Source: Utricularia gibba
Lineage: Eukaryota > Plantae > Magnoliophyta
NCBI GenBank assembly: GCA_002189035.1
Contig: NEEC01000007.1
Location: 3,596,001-3,660,000 of the forward strand
Direction: 5' to 3'
DNA: 64,000 bases
Shown here: piece by piece, positions 52,301-64,000 of the stretch
How positions within the stretch are numbered: the stretch's first letter is position 1
Layout: each line of letters starts with the position of its first letter
The notes under the pieces: model-generated
Database searches by the model: none
Seen by the model: the letters and a program-made list of their open reading frames with translations, nothing else
What the model was told of the DNA's origin: nothing
Translations under genes and position numbers: made by a program

Positions 52301-55300
52301 GTATCGAGCAGGAGGTCGAGTCGAGCTCGGGCCCAGAGTCATTTGTAGCCCGGCAAAAAAAAATTGATGCATTTATTAACGTTGGCTTTATTAGGCTGCC
52401 TACATATTTCTCAAGGAAAAGCTTGTCGTTTCTGGCGGGTGATGTCTTTTGGAACTTCGTTCTGACCCAAGGTTCGGTCTGACTCCTTTGCCACATCGGG
52501 TCCTACTCGACGAAAATCGTGATGCAGTTATTGAAGTTAGGATTTCATGAGCACCCAAAATGGTTTTCTCAACCGCATGCTTTATATTTGATAAGGCACT
52601 CTCGTGGGGCAACGGTATCGAGCAGGAGGTCGAGTCGAGCTCGGCCCAGAGTCATTTGTAGCCCGGCAAAAAAAATTGATGCATTTATTAACGTTGGCTT
52701 TATTAGGCTGCCTACATAGTTTCTCAAGGAAAAGCTTGTCGTTTCTGGCGGGTGATGTCGTTGGAACTTCGTTCTGACCCAAGGTTCGGTCTGACTCCTT
52801 TGCCACATCGGGTCCTACTCGACGAAAATCGTGATGCAGTTATTGAAGTTAGGATTTCATGAGCACCCAAAATGGTTTTCTCAACCGCATGCTTTATATT
52901 TGAAGGCTCTCGTGGGGCAACGGTATCGAGCAGAGGTCGAGTCGAGCTCGGGCCCATAGTCATTTGTAGCTCGGCAAAAAACTTGATGCATTATTAACGT
53001 TGGTTTTAATAGCATTGTTTTCTCAAGGAAAAGCTTGTCGTTTTTGGGCGGGTGATGTCGTTTGGAACTTCGTTCTGACCAAGGTTCGGTCTGTCCTTTG
53101 CCAAATCGGTCCTACTCGACGAAAATCGTGATGCAGTTATTGAAGTTAGGATTTCATGAGCACCCAAAATGTTTTTCAACCGCATGCTTTATATTTGATA
53201 AGGCACTCTGGGGCAACGGTATCGAGCAGGAGGTCGAGTCGAGCTCGGGCCCAGAGTCATTTGTAGCCCGGCAAAAAAAATTGATGCATTTATTAACGTT
53301 CGGCTTTATTAGGCTGCCTACATAGTTTCTCAAGGAAAAGCTTGTCGTTTCTGGGCGGGTGATGTCTTTTGGAACTTCGTTCTGACCATAGGTTCGGTCT
53401 GACTCCTTTGCCACATCGGGTCCTACTCGACGAAAATCGTGATGCAGTTATTGAAGTTAGGATTTCATGAGCACCCAAAATGGTTTTCTCAACCGCATGC
53501 TTTATATTTGATAAGGTGCTCTCGTGGGGCAACGGTATCGAGTAGGAGGTCGAGTCGAGCTCGGGCCCATAGTCATTTGTAGCTCGGCAAAAAACTTGAT
53601 GCATTTATTAACGTTGGTTTTAATAGGCTGCCTCAATGGTTTTCTCAAGGAAAAGCTTGTCGTTTTTGGGCGGGTGATGTCGTTGTGAACTTCGTTCTGA
53701 CCCAAGGTTCGGTCTGTCTCCTTTGCCAATCTGGTCCTACTCGACGAAAATCGTGATGCAGTTATTGAAGTTAGGATTTCATGAGCACCCAAAATGCTTT
53801 TGTCAATCGCATGCTTTGTAGTTGAGGAGGCGCTCTAGTGGGGCACGGTATCGGCAAAAGGTCGAGTCGGCTCGCTCCCAGAGTCATTTTTAGCCTGCAA
53901 AAAAATTGATGCATTTATTAACGTTGGGTTTTAATAGGCTGCCTACATGGTTTCTCAAGGAAAAGCTTGTCGTTTCTGGGCGGGTGATGTCTTTTGGAAC
54001 TTCGTTCTGACCATAGGTTCGGTCTGACTCCTTTGCCACATCGGGTCCTACTCGACGAAAATCGTGATGCAGTTATTGAAGTTAGGATTTCATGAGCACC
54101 CAAAATGGTTTTCTCAACCGCATGCTTTATATTTGATAAGGTGCTCTCGTGGGGCAACGGTCGAGTAGGAGGTCGAGTCGAGCTCGGGCCCATAGTCATT
54201 TGTAGCTCGGCAAAAAACTTGATGCATTTATTAACGTTGGTTTTAATAGGCTGCCTCAATGGTTTTCTCAAGGAAAAGCTTGTCGTTTTTTGGGCGGGTG
54301 ATGTCGTTGTGAACTTCGTTCTGACCCAAGGTTCGGTCTGTCTCCTTTGCCAATCTGGTCCTACTCGACGAAAATCGTGATGCAGTTTATTGAAGTTAGG
54401 ATTTCATGAGCACCCAAAATGTTTTTGTCAATCGCATGCTTTGTAGTTGAGGAGGCGCTCTAGTGGGGCACGTATCGGGCAAAAGGTCGAGTCGGGCTCG
54501 CTCCCAGAGTCATTTTTAGCCTGTCAAAAAAAGTGATGCATTTATTAACGTTGGTTTTAATAGGCTGCCTACATGGTTTCTCAAGGAAAAGCTTGTCGTT
54601 TCTGGGCGGGTGATGTCTTTTGGAACTTCGTTCTGACCATAGGTTCGGTCTGACTCCTTTGCCACATCGGGTCCTACTCGACGAAAATCGTGATGCAGTT
54701 ATTGAAGTTAGGATTCATGAGCACCCAAAATGGTTTTCTCAACCGCATGCTTTATATTTGATAAGGCACTCTCGTGGGGCAACGGTATCGAGAGCAGGAG
54801 GTCGAGTCGAGCTCGGGCCCAGAGTCATTTGTAGCCCGGCAAAAAAATTGATGCATTTATTAACGTTGGTTTTATTAGGCTGCCTACATAGTTTCTCAAG
54901 GAAAAGCTTGTCGTTTCTGGGCGGGTGATGTCTTTTGGAACTTCGTTCTGACCAAGGTTCGGTCTGACTCCTTTGCCACATCGGGTCCTACTCGACGAAA
55001 ATCGTGATGCAGTTATTGAAGTTAGGATTCATGAGCACCCAAAATGGTTTTCTCAACCGCATGCTTTTATATTTGATAAGGCACTCTCGTGGGCAACGGT
55101 ATCGAGCAGGAGGTCGAGTCGAGCTCGGCCCAGAGTCATTTGTAGCCCGGCAAAAAAAATTGATGCATTTATTAACGTTCGGCTTTATTAGGCTGCCTAC
55201 ATAGTTTCTCAAGGAAAAGCTTGTCGTTTCTGGCGGGTGATGTCGTTGGGAACTTCGTTCGGACCCAAGGTTCTGTCTGACTCCTTTGCCACATCGGGTC

Positions 55301-55921
55301 CTACTCGACGAAAATCGTGATGCAGTTATTGAAGTTAGGATGTCATGAGCACCCAAAATGGTTTTCTCAACCGCATGCTTTATATTTGAGGAGGCGCTCT
55401 CGTGGGGCAACGGTATCGAGCAGGAGGTCGAGTCGAGCTCGGGCCCATAGTCATTTGTAGCTCGGCAAAAAACTTGATGCATTTATTAACGTTGGTTTTA
55501 ATATGCCTACATTGTTTTCTCAAGGAAAAGCTTGTCGTTTTTTGGGCGGGTGATTTCGTTGTGAACTTCGTTCTGACCCAAGGTTCGGTCTGTCTCCTTT
55601 GCCAAATCGGTCCTACTCGACGAAAATCGTGATGCAGTTATTGAAGTTAGGATTTCATGAGCACCCAAAATGGTTTTCTCAACCGCATGCTTTATATTTG
55701 AGGCGCTCTCGTGGGGCAACGGTATCGAGCAGGAGGTCGAGTCGAGCTCGGGCCCAGAGTCATTTGTAGCCGGCAAAAAAATTGATGCATTTATTAACGT
55801 TGGTTTTAATAGGCTGCCTACATGGTTTCTCAAGGAAAAGCTTGTCGTTTCTGGGCGGGTGATGTCTTTTGGAACTTCGTTCTGACCATAGGTTCGGTCT
55901 GACTCCTTTGCCACATCGGGT
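49386..55921 (+). repeat. 21-monomer HOR unit 3: BACDC-BABACCDC-BABACCDC (6536 bp)
   Basis: Sub-blocks start at 49386, 50954, 53422. Confidence 0.82.
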
Positions 55922-58900
55922 CCTACTCGACGAAAATCGTGATGCAGTTATTGAAGTTAGGATTTCATGAGCACCCAAAATGGTTTTCTCAACCGCATGC
56001 TTTATATTTGATAAGGTGCTCTCGTGGGGCAACGGTATCGAGTAGGAGGTCGAGTCGAGCTCGGGCCCATAGTCATTTGTAGCTCGGCAAAAAACTTGAT
56101 GCATTTATTAACGGTTGGTTTTAATAGGCTGCCTCAATGGTTTTCTCAAGGAAAAGCTTGTCGTTTTTGGGCGGGTGATGTCGTTGTGAACTTCGTTCTG
56201 ACCAAGGTTCGGTCTGTCTCCTTTGCCAATCTGGTCCTACTCGACGAAAATCGTGATGCAGTTATTGAAGTTAGGATTTCATGAGCACCCAAAATGTTTT
56301 GTCAATCGCATGCTTTGTAGTTGAGGAGGCGCTCTAGTGGGGCACGGTATCGGGCAAAAGGTCGAGTCGGGCTCGCTCCCAGAGTCATTTTAGCCTGCAA
56401 AAAAAGTGATGCATTTATTAACGTTGGGTTTTAATAGGCTGCCTACATGGTTTCTCAAGGAAAAGCTTGTCGTTTCTGGGCGGGTGATGTCTTTTGGAAC
56501 TTCGTTCTGACCATAGGTTCGGTCTGACTCCTTTGCCACATCGGGTCCTACTCGACGAAAATCGTGATGCAGTTATTGAAGTTAGGATTCATGAGCACCC
56601 AAAATGGTTTTCTCAACCGCATGCTTTATATTTGATAAGGCACTCTCGTGGGCAACGGTATCGAGCAGGAGGAGAGTCGAGCTCGGCCCAGAGTCATTTG
56701 TAGCCCGGCAAAAAAATTGATGCATTTATTAACGTTCGGTTTATTAGGCTGCCTACATAGTTTCTCAAGGAAAAGCTTGTCGTTTCTGGGCGGGTGATGT
56801 CTTTTGGAACTTCGTTCTGACCAAGGTTCGGTCTGACTCCTTTGCCACATCGGGTCCTACTCGAAAATCGTGATGCAGTTATTGAAGTTAGGATTCATGA
56901 GCACCCAAAATGGTTTTCTCAACCGCATGCTTTATATTTGATAGGCGCTCTCGTGGGGCAACGGTATCGAGCAGGAGGTCGAGTCGAGCTCGTCCCAGAG
57001 TCATTTGTAGCCGGCAAAAAAATTGATGCATTTATTAACGTTGGTTTATTAGGCTGCCTACATGTTTTCTCAAGGAAAAGCTTGTCGTTGGGCGGGTGAT
57101 GTCGTTGGGAACTTCGTTCCCCAAGGTTCGTCTGACTCCTTTGCCACATCGGGTCCTACTCGACGAAAATCGTGATGCAGTTATTGAAGTTAGGATTCAT
57201 GAGCACCCAAAATGGTTTTCTCAACCGCATGCTTTATATTTGAGGAGGCGCTCGTGGGCAACGGTATCGAGCAGGAGGTCGAGTCGAGCTCGGGCCCATA
57301 GTCATTTGTAGCTCGGCAAAAAACTTGATGCATTTATTAACGTTGGGTTTTAATAGGCTGCCTACATGTTTTCTCAAGGAAAAGCTTGTCGTTTTTGGGC
57401 GGGTGATGTCGTTGTGAACTTCGTTCTGACCCAAGGTTCGGTCTGTCTCCTTTGCCAAATCTGGTCCTACTCGACGAAAATCGTGATGCAGTTATTGAAG
57501 TTAGGATTTCATGAGCACCCAAAATGGTTTTCTCAACGCATGCTTTATTTGAGGAGGCGCTCTAGTGGGGCAACGGTATCGAGCAAAGGTCGAGTCGGCT
57601 CGCCCAGAGTCATTTTTAGCCTGTCAAAAAAATGATGCATTTATTAACGTTGGGTTTAATAGGCTGCCTACATGGTTTCTCAAGGAAAAGCTTGTCGTTT
57701 CTGGGCGGTGATGTCTTTTGGAACTTCGTTCTGACCATAGGTTCGGTCTGACTCCTTTGCCACATCGGGTCCTACTCGACGAAAATCGTGATGCAGTTAT
57801 TGAAGTTAGGATTTCATGAGCACCCAAATGGTTTTCTCAACCGCATGCTTTATATTTGATAAGGTGCTCTCGTGGGGCAACGGTATCGAGTAGGAGGTCG
57901 AGTCGAGCTCGGGCCCATAGTCATTTGTAGCTCGGCAAAAAACTTGATGCATTTATTAACGTTGGTTTTAATAGGCTGCCTCAATGGTTTTCTCAAGGAA
58001 AAGCTTGTCGTTTTTGGGCGGGTGATGTCGTTGTGAACTTCGTTCTGACCAAGGTTCGGTCTGTCTCCTTTGCCAATCTGGTCCTACTCGACGAAAATCG
58101 TGATGCAGTTATTGAAGTTAGGATTTCATGAGCACCCAAAATGCTTTTGTCAGCATGCTTTATAGTTTGAGGAGGCGCTCTAGTGGGCACGGTATCGGCA
58201 AAAGGTCGAGTCGGGCTCGCTCCAGAGTCATTTTAGCCGTCAAAAAAAGTGATGCATTTATTAACGTTGGGTTTTAATAGGCTGCCTACATGGTTTCTCA
58301 AGGAAAAGCTTGTCGTTTCTGGGCGGTGATGTCTTTTGGAACTTCGTTCTGACCATAGGTTCGGTCTGACTCCTTTGCCACATCGGGTCCTACTCGACGA
58401 AAATCGTGATGCAGTTATTGAAGTTAGGATTCATGAGCACCCAAAATGGTTTTCTCAACCGCATGCTTTATATTTGATAAGGCACTCTCGTGGGGCAACG
58501 GTATCGAGCAGGAGGTCGAGTCGAGCTCGGCCCAGTCATTTGTAGCCCGGCAAAAAAATTGATGCATTTATTAACGTTCGGTTTATTAGGCTGCCTACAT
58601 AGTTTCTCAAGGAAAAGCTTGTCGTTTTGGGCGGGTGATGTCTTTTGGAACTTCGTTCTGACCATAGGTTCGGTCTGACTCCTTTGCCACATCGGGTCCT
58701 ACTCGACGAAAATCGTGATGCAGTTATTGAAGTTAGGATTTCATGAGCACCCAAAATGGTTTTCTCAACCGCATGCTTTATATTTGATAAGGCTCTCGTG
58801 GGGCAACGGTATCGAGTAGGAGGTCGAGTCGAGCTCGGGCCCATAGTCATTTGTAGCTCGGCAAAAAACTTGATGCATTTATTAACGGTTGGTTTTAATA

Positions 58901-61800
58901 GGCTGCCTCAATGGTTTTCTCAAGGAAAAGCTTGTCGTTTTTGGCGGGGTGATGTCGTTGTGAACTTCGTTCTGACCCAAGGTTCGGTCTGTCTCCTTTG
59001 CCAATCTGGTCCTACTCGACGAAAATCGTGATGCAGTTATTGAAGTTAGGATTTCATGAGCACCCAAAATGCTTTTGTCAATCGCATGCTTTGTAGTTGA
59101 GGAGGCGCTCTAGTGGGGCACGGTATCGGCAAAAGGTCGAGTCGGGCTCGCTCCCAGAGTCATTTTTAGCCTGTCAAAAAAAGTGATGCATTTATTAACG
59201 TTGGGTTTTAATAGGCTGCCTACATGGTTTCTCAAGGAAAAGCTTGTCGTTTCTGGGCGGGTGATGTCTTTTGGAACTTCGTTCTGACCATAGGTTCGGT
59301 CTGACTCGCCACATCGGGTCCTACTCGACGAAAATCGTGATGCAGTTATTGAAGTTAGGATTTCATGAGCACCCAAAATGGTTTTCTCAACCGCATGCTT
59401 TATATTTGATAAGGTGCTCTCGTGGGGCAACGGTATCGAGTAGGAGGTCGAGTCGAGCTCGGGCCCATAGTCATTTGTAGCTCGGCAAAAAACTTGATGC
59501 ATTTATTAACGGTTGGTTTTAATAGGCTGCCTCAATGGTTTTCTCAAGGAAAAGCTTGTCGTTTTTGGGCGGGTGATGTCGTTGTGAACTTCGTTCTGAC
59601 CCAAGGTTCGGTCTGTCTCCTTTGCCAATCTGGTCCTACTCGACGAAAATCGTGATGCAGTTATTGAAGTTAGGATTTCATGAGCACCCAAAATGCTTTT
59701 TCAACGCATGCTTTGTAGTTGAGGAGGCGCTCTAGTGGGGCACGGTATCGGGCAAAAGGTCGAGTCGGGCTCGCTCCAGAGTCATTTTAGCCTGTCAAAA
59801 AAAGTGATGCATTTATTAACGTTGGGTTTTAATAGGCTGCCTACATGGTTTCTCAAGGAAAAGCTTGTCGTTTCTGGGCGGGTGATGTCTTTTGGAACTT
59901 CGTTCTGACCATAGGTTCGGTCTGACTCCTTTGCCACATCGGGTCCTACTCGACGAAAATCGTGATGCAGTTATTGAAGTTAGGATTCATGAGCACCCAA
60001 AATGGTTTTCTCAACCGCATGCTTTATATTTGATAAGGCACTCTCGTGGGGCAACGGTATCGAGCAGGAGGTCGAGTCGAGCTCGGGCCCAGAGTCATTT
60101 GTAGCCCGGCAAAAAATTGATGCATTTATTAACGTTGGTTTAATAGGCTGCCTACATGGTTTCTCAAGGAAAAGCTTGTCGTTTTGGGCGGGTGATGTCT
60201 TTTGGAACTTCGTTCTGACCAGGTTCGGTCTGACTCCTTTGCCACATCGGTCCTACTCGACGAAAATCGTGATGCAGTTATTGAAGTTAGGATTCATGAG
60301 CACCCAAAATGGTTTTCTCAACCGCATGCTTTATATTTGATAAGGCACTCTCGTGGGGCAACGGTATCGAGCAGGAGGTCGAGTCGAGCTCGGGCCCAGA
60401 GTCATTTGTAGCCCGGCAAAAAAATTGATGCATTTATTAACGTTGGTTTAATAGGCTGCCTACATGGTTTCTCAAGGAAAAGCTTGTCGTTTCTGGGCGG
60501 GTGATGTCTTTTGGAACTTCGTTCTGACCAAGGTTCGGTCTGACTCCTTTGCCACATCGGGTCCTACTCGACGAAAATCGTGATGCAGTTATTGAAGTTA
60601 GGATTCATGAGCACCCAAAATTTTTCTCAACGCATGCTTTATATTTGAGGAGGCGCTCTCGTGGGGCACGGTATCGAGCAAAAGGTCGAGTCGGGCTCGT
60701 CCCAGAGTCATTTTTAGCCCGTCAAAAAATTGATGCATTTATTAACGTTGGGTTTAATAGGCTGCCTACATGGTTTCTCAAGGAAAAGCTTGTCGTTTCT
60801 GGGCGGGTGATGTCTTTTGGAACTTCGTTCTGACCATAGGTTCGGTCTGACTCCTTTGCCACATCGGGTCCTACTCGACGAAAATCGTGATGCAGTTATT
60901 GAAGTTAGGATTTCATGAGCACCCAAAATGGTTTTCTCAACCGCATGCTTTATATTTGATAAGGTGCTCTCGTGGGGCAACGGTATCGAGCAGGAGGTCG
61001 AGTCGAGCTCGGCCCATAGTCATTTGTAGCTCGGCAAAAAACTTGATGCATTTATTAACGGTTGGTTTTAATAGGCTGCCTCAATGGTTTTCTCAAGGAA
61101 AGCTTGTCGTTTTGGGCGGGTGATGTCTTTTGAAACTTCGTTCTGACCAGTTCGGTCTGACTCCTTTGCCACATCGGGTCCTACTCGACGAAAATCGTGA
61201 TGCAGTTATTGAAGTTAGGATTCATGAGCACCCAAAATGGTTTTCTCAACCGCATGCTTTATATTTGATAAGGCACTCTCGTGGGGCAACGGTATCGAGC
61301 AGGAGGTCGAGTCGAGCTCGGTCCCAGAGTCATTTGTAGCCCGGCAAAAAAAATTGATGCATTTATTAACGTTGGTTTATTAGGCTGCCTACATGTTTCT
61401 CAAGGAAAAGCTTGTCGTTTCTGGCGGGTGATGTCGTTGGAACTTCGTTCTGACCCAAGGTTCGGTCTGACTCCTTTGCCACATCGGGTCCTACTCGACG
61501 AAAATCGTGATGCAGTTATTGAAGTTAGGATTCATGAGCACCCAAAATGGTTTTCTCAACCGCATGCTTTATATTTGAGGAGGCTCTCGTGGGGCAACGG
61601 TATCGAGCAGGAGGTCGAGTCGAGCTCGGGCCCATAGTCATTTGTAGCTCGGCAAAAAACTTGATGCATTTATTAACGTTGGTTTTAATAGGCTGCCTAC
61701 ATTGTTTTCTCAAGGAAAAGCTTGTCGTTTTTGGGCGGGTGATGTCGTTGTGAACTTCGTTCTGACCAAGGTTCGGTCTGACTCCTTTGCCACATCGGGT

Positions 61801-64000
61801 CCTACTCGACGAAAATCGTGATGCAGTTATTGAAGTTAGGATTTCATGAGCACCCAAAATGGTTTTCTCAACCGCATGCTTTATATTTGATAAGGTGCTC
61901 TCGTGGGGCAACGGTATCGAGTAGGAGGTCGAGTCGAGCTCGGGCCCATAGTCATTTGTAGCTCGGCAAAAAACTTGATGCATTTATTAACGGTTGGTTT
62001 TAATAGGCTGCCTCAATGGTTTTCTCAAGGAAAAGCTTGTCGTTTTTGGCGGGTGATGTCGTTGTGAACTTCGTTCTGACCCAAGGTTCGGTCTGTCTCC
62101 TTTGCCAAATCTGGTCCTACTCGACGAAAATCGTGATGCAGTTATTGAAGTTAGGATTTCATGAGCACCCAAAATGCTTTTGTCAATCGCATGCTTTGTA
62201 GTTGAGGAGGCGCTCTAGTGGGGCACGGTATCGGGCAAAAGGTCGAGTCGGGCTCGCTCCAGAGTCATTTTTAGCCCAAAAAAAGTGATGCATTTATTAA
62301 CGTTGGGTTTTAATAGGCTGCCTACATGGTTTCTCAAGGAAAAGCTTGTCGTTTCTGGGGGTGATGTCTTTTGGAACTTCGTTCTGACCATAGGTTCGGT
62401 CTGACTCCTTTGCCACATCGGGTCCTACTCGACGAAAATCGTGATGCAGTTATTGAAGTTAGGATTTCATGAGCACCCAAAATGGTTTTCTCAACCGCAT
62501 GCTTTATATTTGATAAGGTGCTCTCGTGGGGCAACGGTATCGAGTAGGAGGTCGAGTCGAGCTCGGGCCATAGTCATTTGTAGCTCGGCAAAAAACTTGA
62601 TGCATTTATTAACGTTGGTTTTAATAGGCTGCCTCAATGGTTTCTCAAGGAAAAGCTTGTCGTTTTGGCGGGTGATGTCGTTGTGAACTTCGTTCTGACC
62701 AAGGTTCGGTCTGTCCTTTGCCAATGGTTTTCTCAAGGAAAAGCTTGTCGTCTTTTGGGCGGGTGATAGTCGTTGGCAAAAAACTGAACTTCGTTCTGAA
62801 AAGCCAAGGTTCGGTCTGACTCCTTTGCCAAATCGGTCCTACTCGACGAAAATCGTGATGCAGTTATTGAAGTTAGGATTTCATGAGCACCCAAAATGGT
62901 TTTTCAACGCATGCTTTATATTTGATATAAGCGCTCTAGTGTGGGCACGGGTATCGGCAAAAGGTCGAGTCGGGCTCGCCCCAGTCATTTTGTAGCCCGC
63001 AAAAAAATGATGCATCATTTATAACGTTGGGTTTTAATAGGCTGCCTACATGGTTTCTCAAGGAAAAGCTTGTCGTTTCTGGGCGGGTGATGTCTTTTGG
63101 AACTTCGTTCTGACCATAGGTTCGGTCTGACTCCTTTGCCACATCGGGTCCTACTCGACGAAAATCGTGATGCAGTTATTGAAGTTAGGATTTCATGAGC
63201 ACCCAAAATGGTTTTCTCAACCGCATGCTTTATATTTGATAAGGTGCTCTCGTGGGGCAACGGTATCGAGTAGGAGGTCGAGTCGAGCTCGGGCCCATAG
63301 TCATTTGTAGCTCGGCAAAAAACTTGATGCATTTATTAACGGTTGGTTTTAATAGGCTGCCTCAATGGTTTTCTCAAGGAAAAGCTTGTCGTTTTTGGGC
63401 GGGTGATGTCGTTGTGAACTTCGTTCTGACCCAAGGTTCGGTCTGTCTCCTTTGCCAAATCTGGTCCTACTCGACGAAAATCGTGATGCAGTTATTGAAG
63501 TTAGGATTTCATGAGCACCCAAAATGCTTTTCAATCGCATGCTTTGTAGTTGAGGAGGCGCTCTAGTGGGGCACGGTATCGGGCAAAAGGTCGAGTCGGG
63601 CTCGCCCAGAGTCATTTTAGCCTGTCAAAAAAAGTGATGCATTTATTAACGTTGGGTTTTAATAGGCTGCCTACATGGTTTCTCAAGGAAAAGCTTGTCG
63701 TTTCTGGGCGGGTGATGTCTTTTGGAACTTCGTTCTGACCATAGGTTCGGTCTGACTCCTTTGCCACATCGGGTCCTACTCGACGAAAATCGTGATGCAG
63801 TTATTGAAGTTAGGATTTCATGAGCACCCAAAATGGTTTTCTCAACCGCATGCTTTATATTTGATAAGGTGCTCTCGTGGGGCAACGGTATCGAGTAGGA
63901 GGTCGAGTCGAGCTCGGGCCCATAGTCATTTGTAGCTCGGCAAAAAACTTGATGCATTTATTAACGGTTGGTTTTAATAGGCTGCCTCAAGGTTTTCTCA
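61801..64000 (+). repeat. Higher-order dimer domain (B-A)n, running off the window end
   Basis: B at 61801, 62424, 63150, 63775; A at 62116, 62838 (degraded), 63466. Confidence 0.8.

Larger units (their letters stand above)
1..64000 (+). repeat. Tandem satellite DNA array, ~312-bp monomer, ~207 copies, single orientation, running off both window ends
   Basis: The anchor CCTACTCGACGAAAATCGTGATGCAGTTATTGAAG recurs every ~300-315 bp from 153 to 63,775 (e.g. 153, 465, 774, 1088 ... 63150, 63466, 63775). No unique sequence lies between copies. One HindIII site (AAGCTT) per intact monomer. Hand count of one B monomer: 144/315 G+C. Confidence 0.99.

Noticed and set aside
24-63957. Hundreds of 60-207-aa ORFs on both strands as protein-coding genes
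   Set aside because: All are translations of the same repeat in different frames; peptides switch frame at 1-bp indels, stops recur every monomer, and no known domain is recognisable.
1-64000. CRISPR array (conserved block plus variable intervals)
   Set aside because: The ~250-bp intervals are homologous to each other, not unique 26-72-bp spacers; no cas genes or leader.
1-64000. rRNA, 5S, tRNA or snRNA tandem gene cluster, or telomeric repeat
   Set aside because: No recognisable rRNA/tRNA/snRNA sequence, no cloverleaf, no convincing Pol III A/B boxes, and no short telomeric motif in the monomer.

Overview
The whole 64-kb window is one uninterrupted, head-to-tail tandem satellite array: about 207 monomers of ~312 bp (hand count), ~46% GC, all in one orientation. 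I see no genes, RNA genes, transposons or CRISPR array; every listed ORF is a reading-frame by-product of the repeat. The interest is structural. (1) Each ~312-bp monomer is itself an old dimer of two ~157-bp subunits. (2) Monomers fall into four recognisable variants, A, B, C and D. (3) These are ordered into higher-order repeats (HORs) that change along the array: BA dimers (~626 bp), BAC trimers (~0.92 kb), and a nested 21-monomer unit (BACDC + BABACCDC + BABACCDC, ~6.53 kb) repeated three times at 36,339-55,921. A 64-bp block is nearly invariant across the variants. This organisation is typical of eukaryotic centromeric or pericentromeric satellite DNA (inference); I cannot identify the family or organism. 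Some stretches (10.8-12.3 kb, much of 13-35 kb, 62.7-63.0 kb) look like noisy long-read consensus, so fine detail there may be artefact. Coordinates and types were read by eye using the anchor CCTACTCGACGAAAATCG and may be off by a few bp. I found no credible new coding system.
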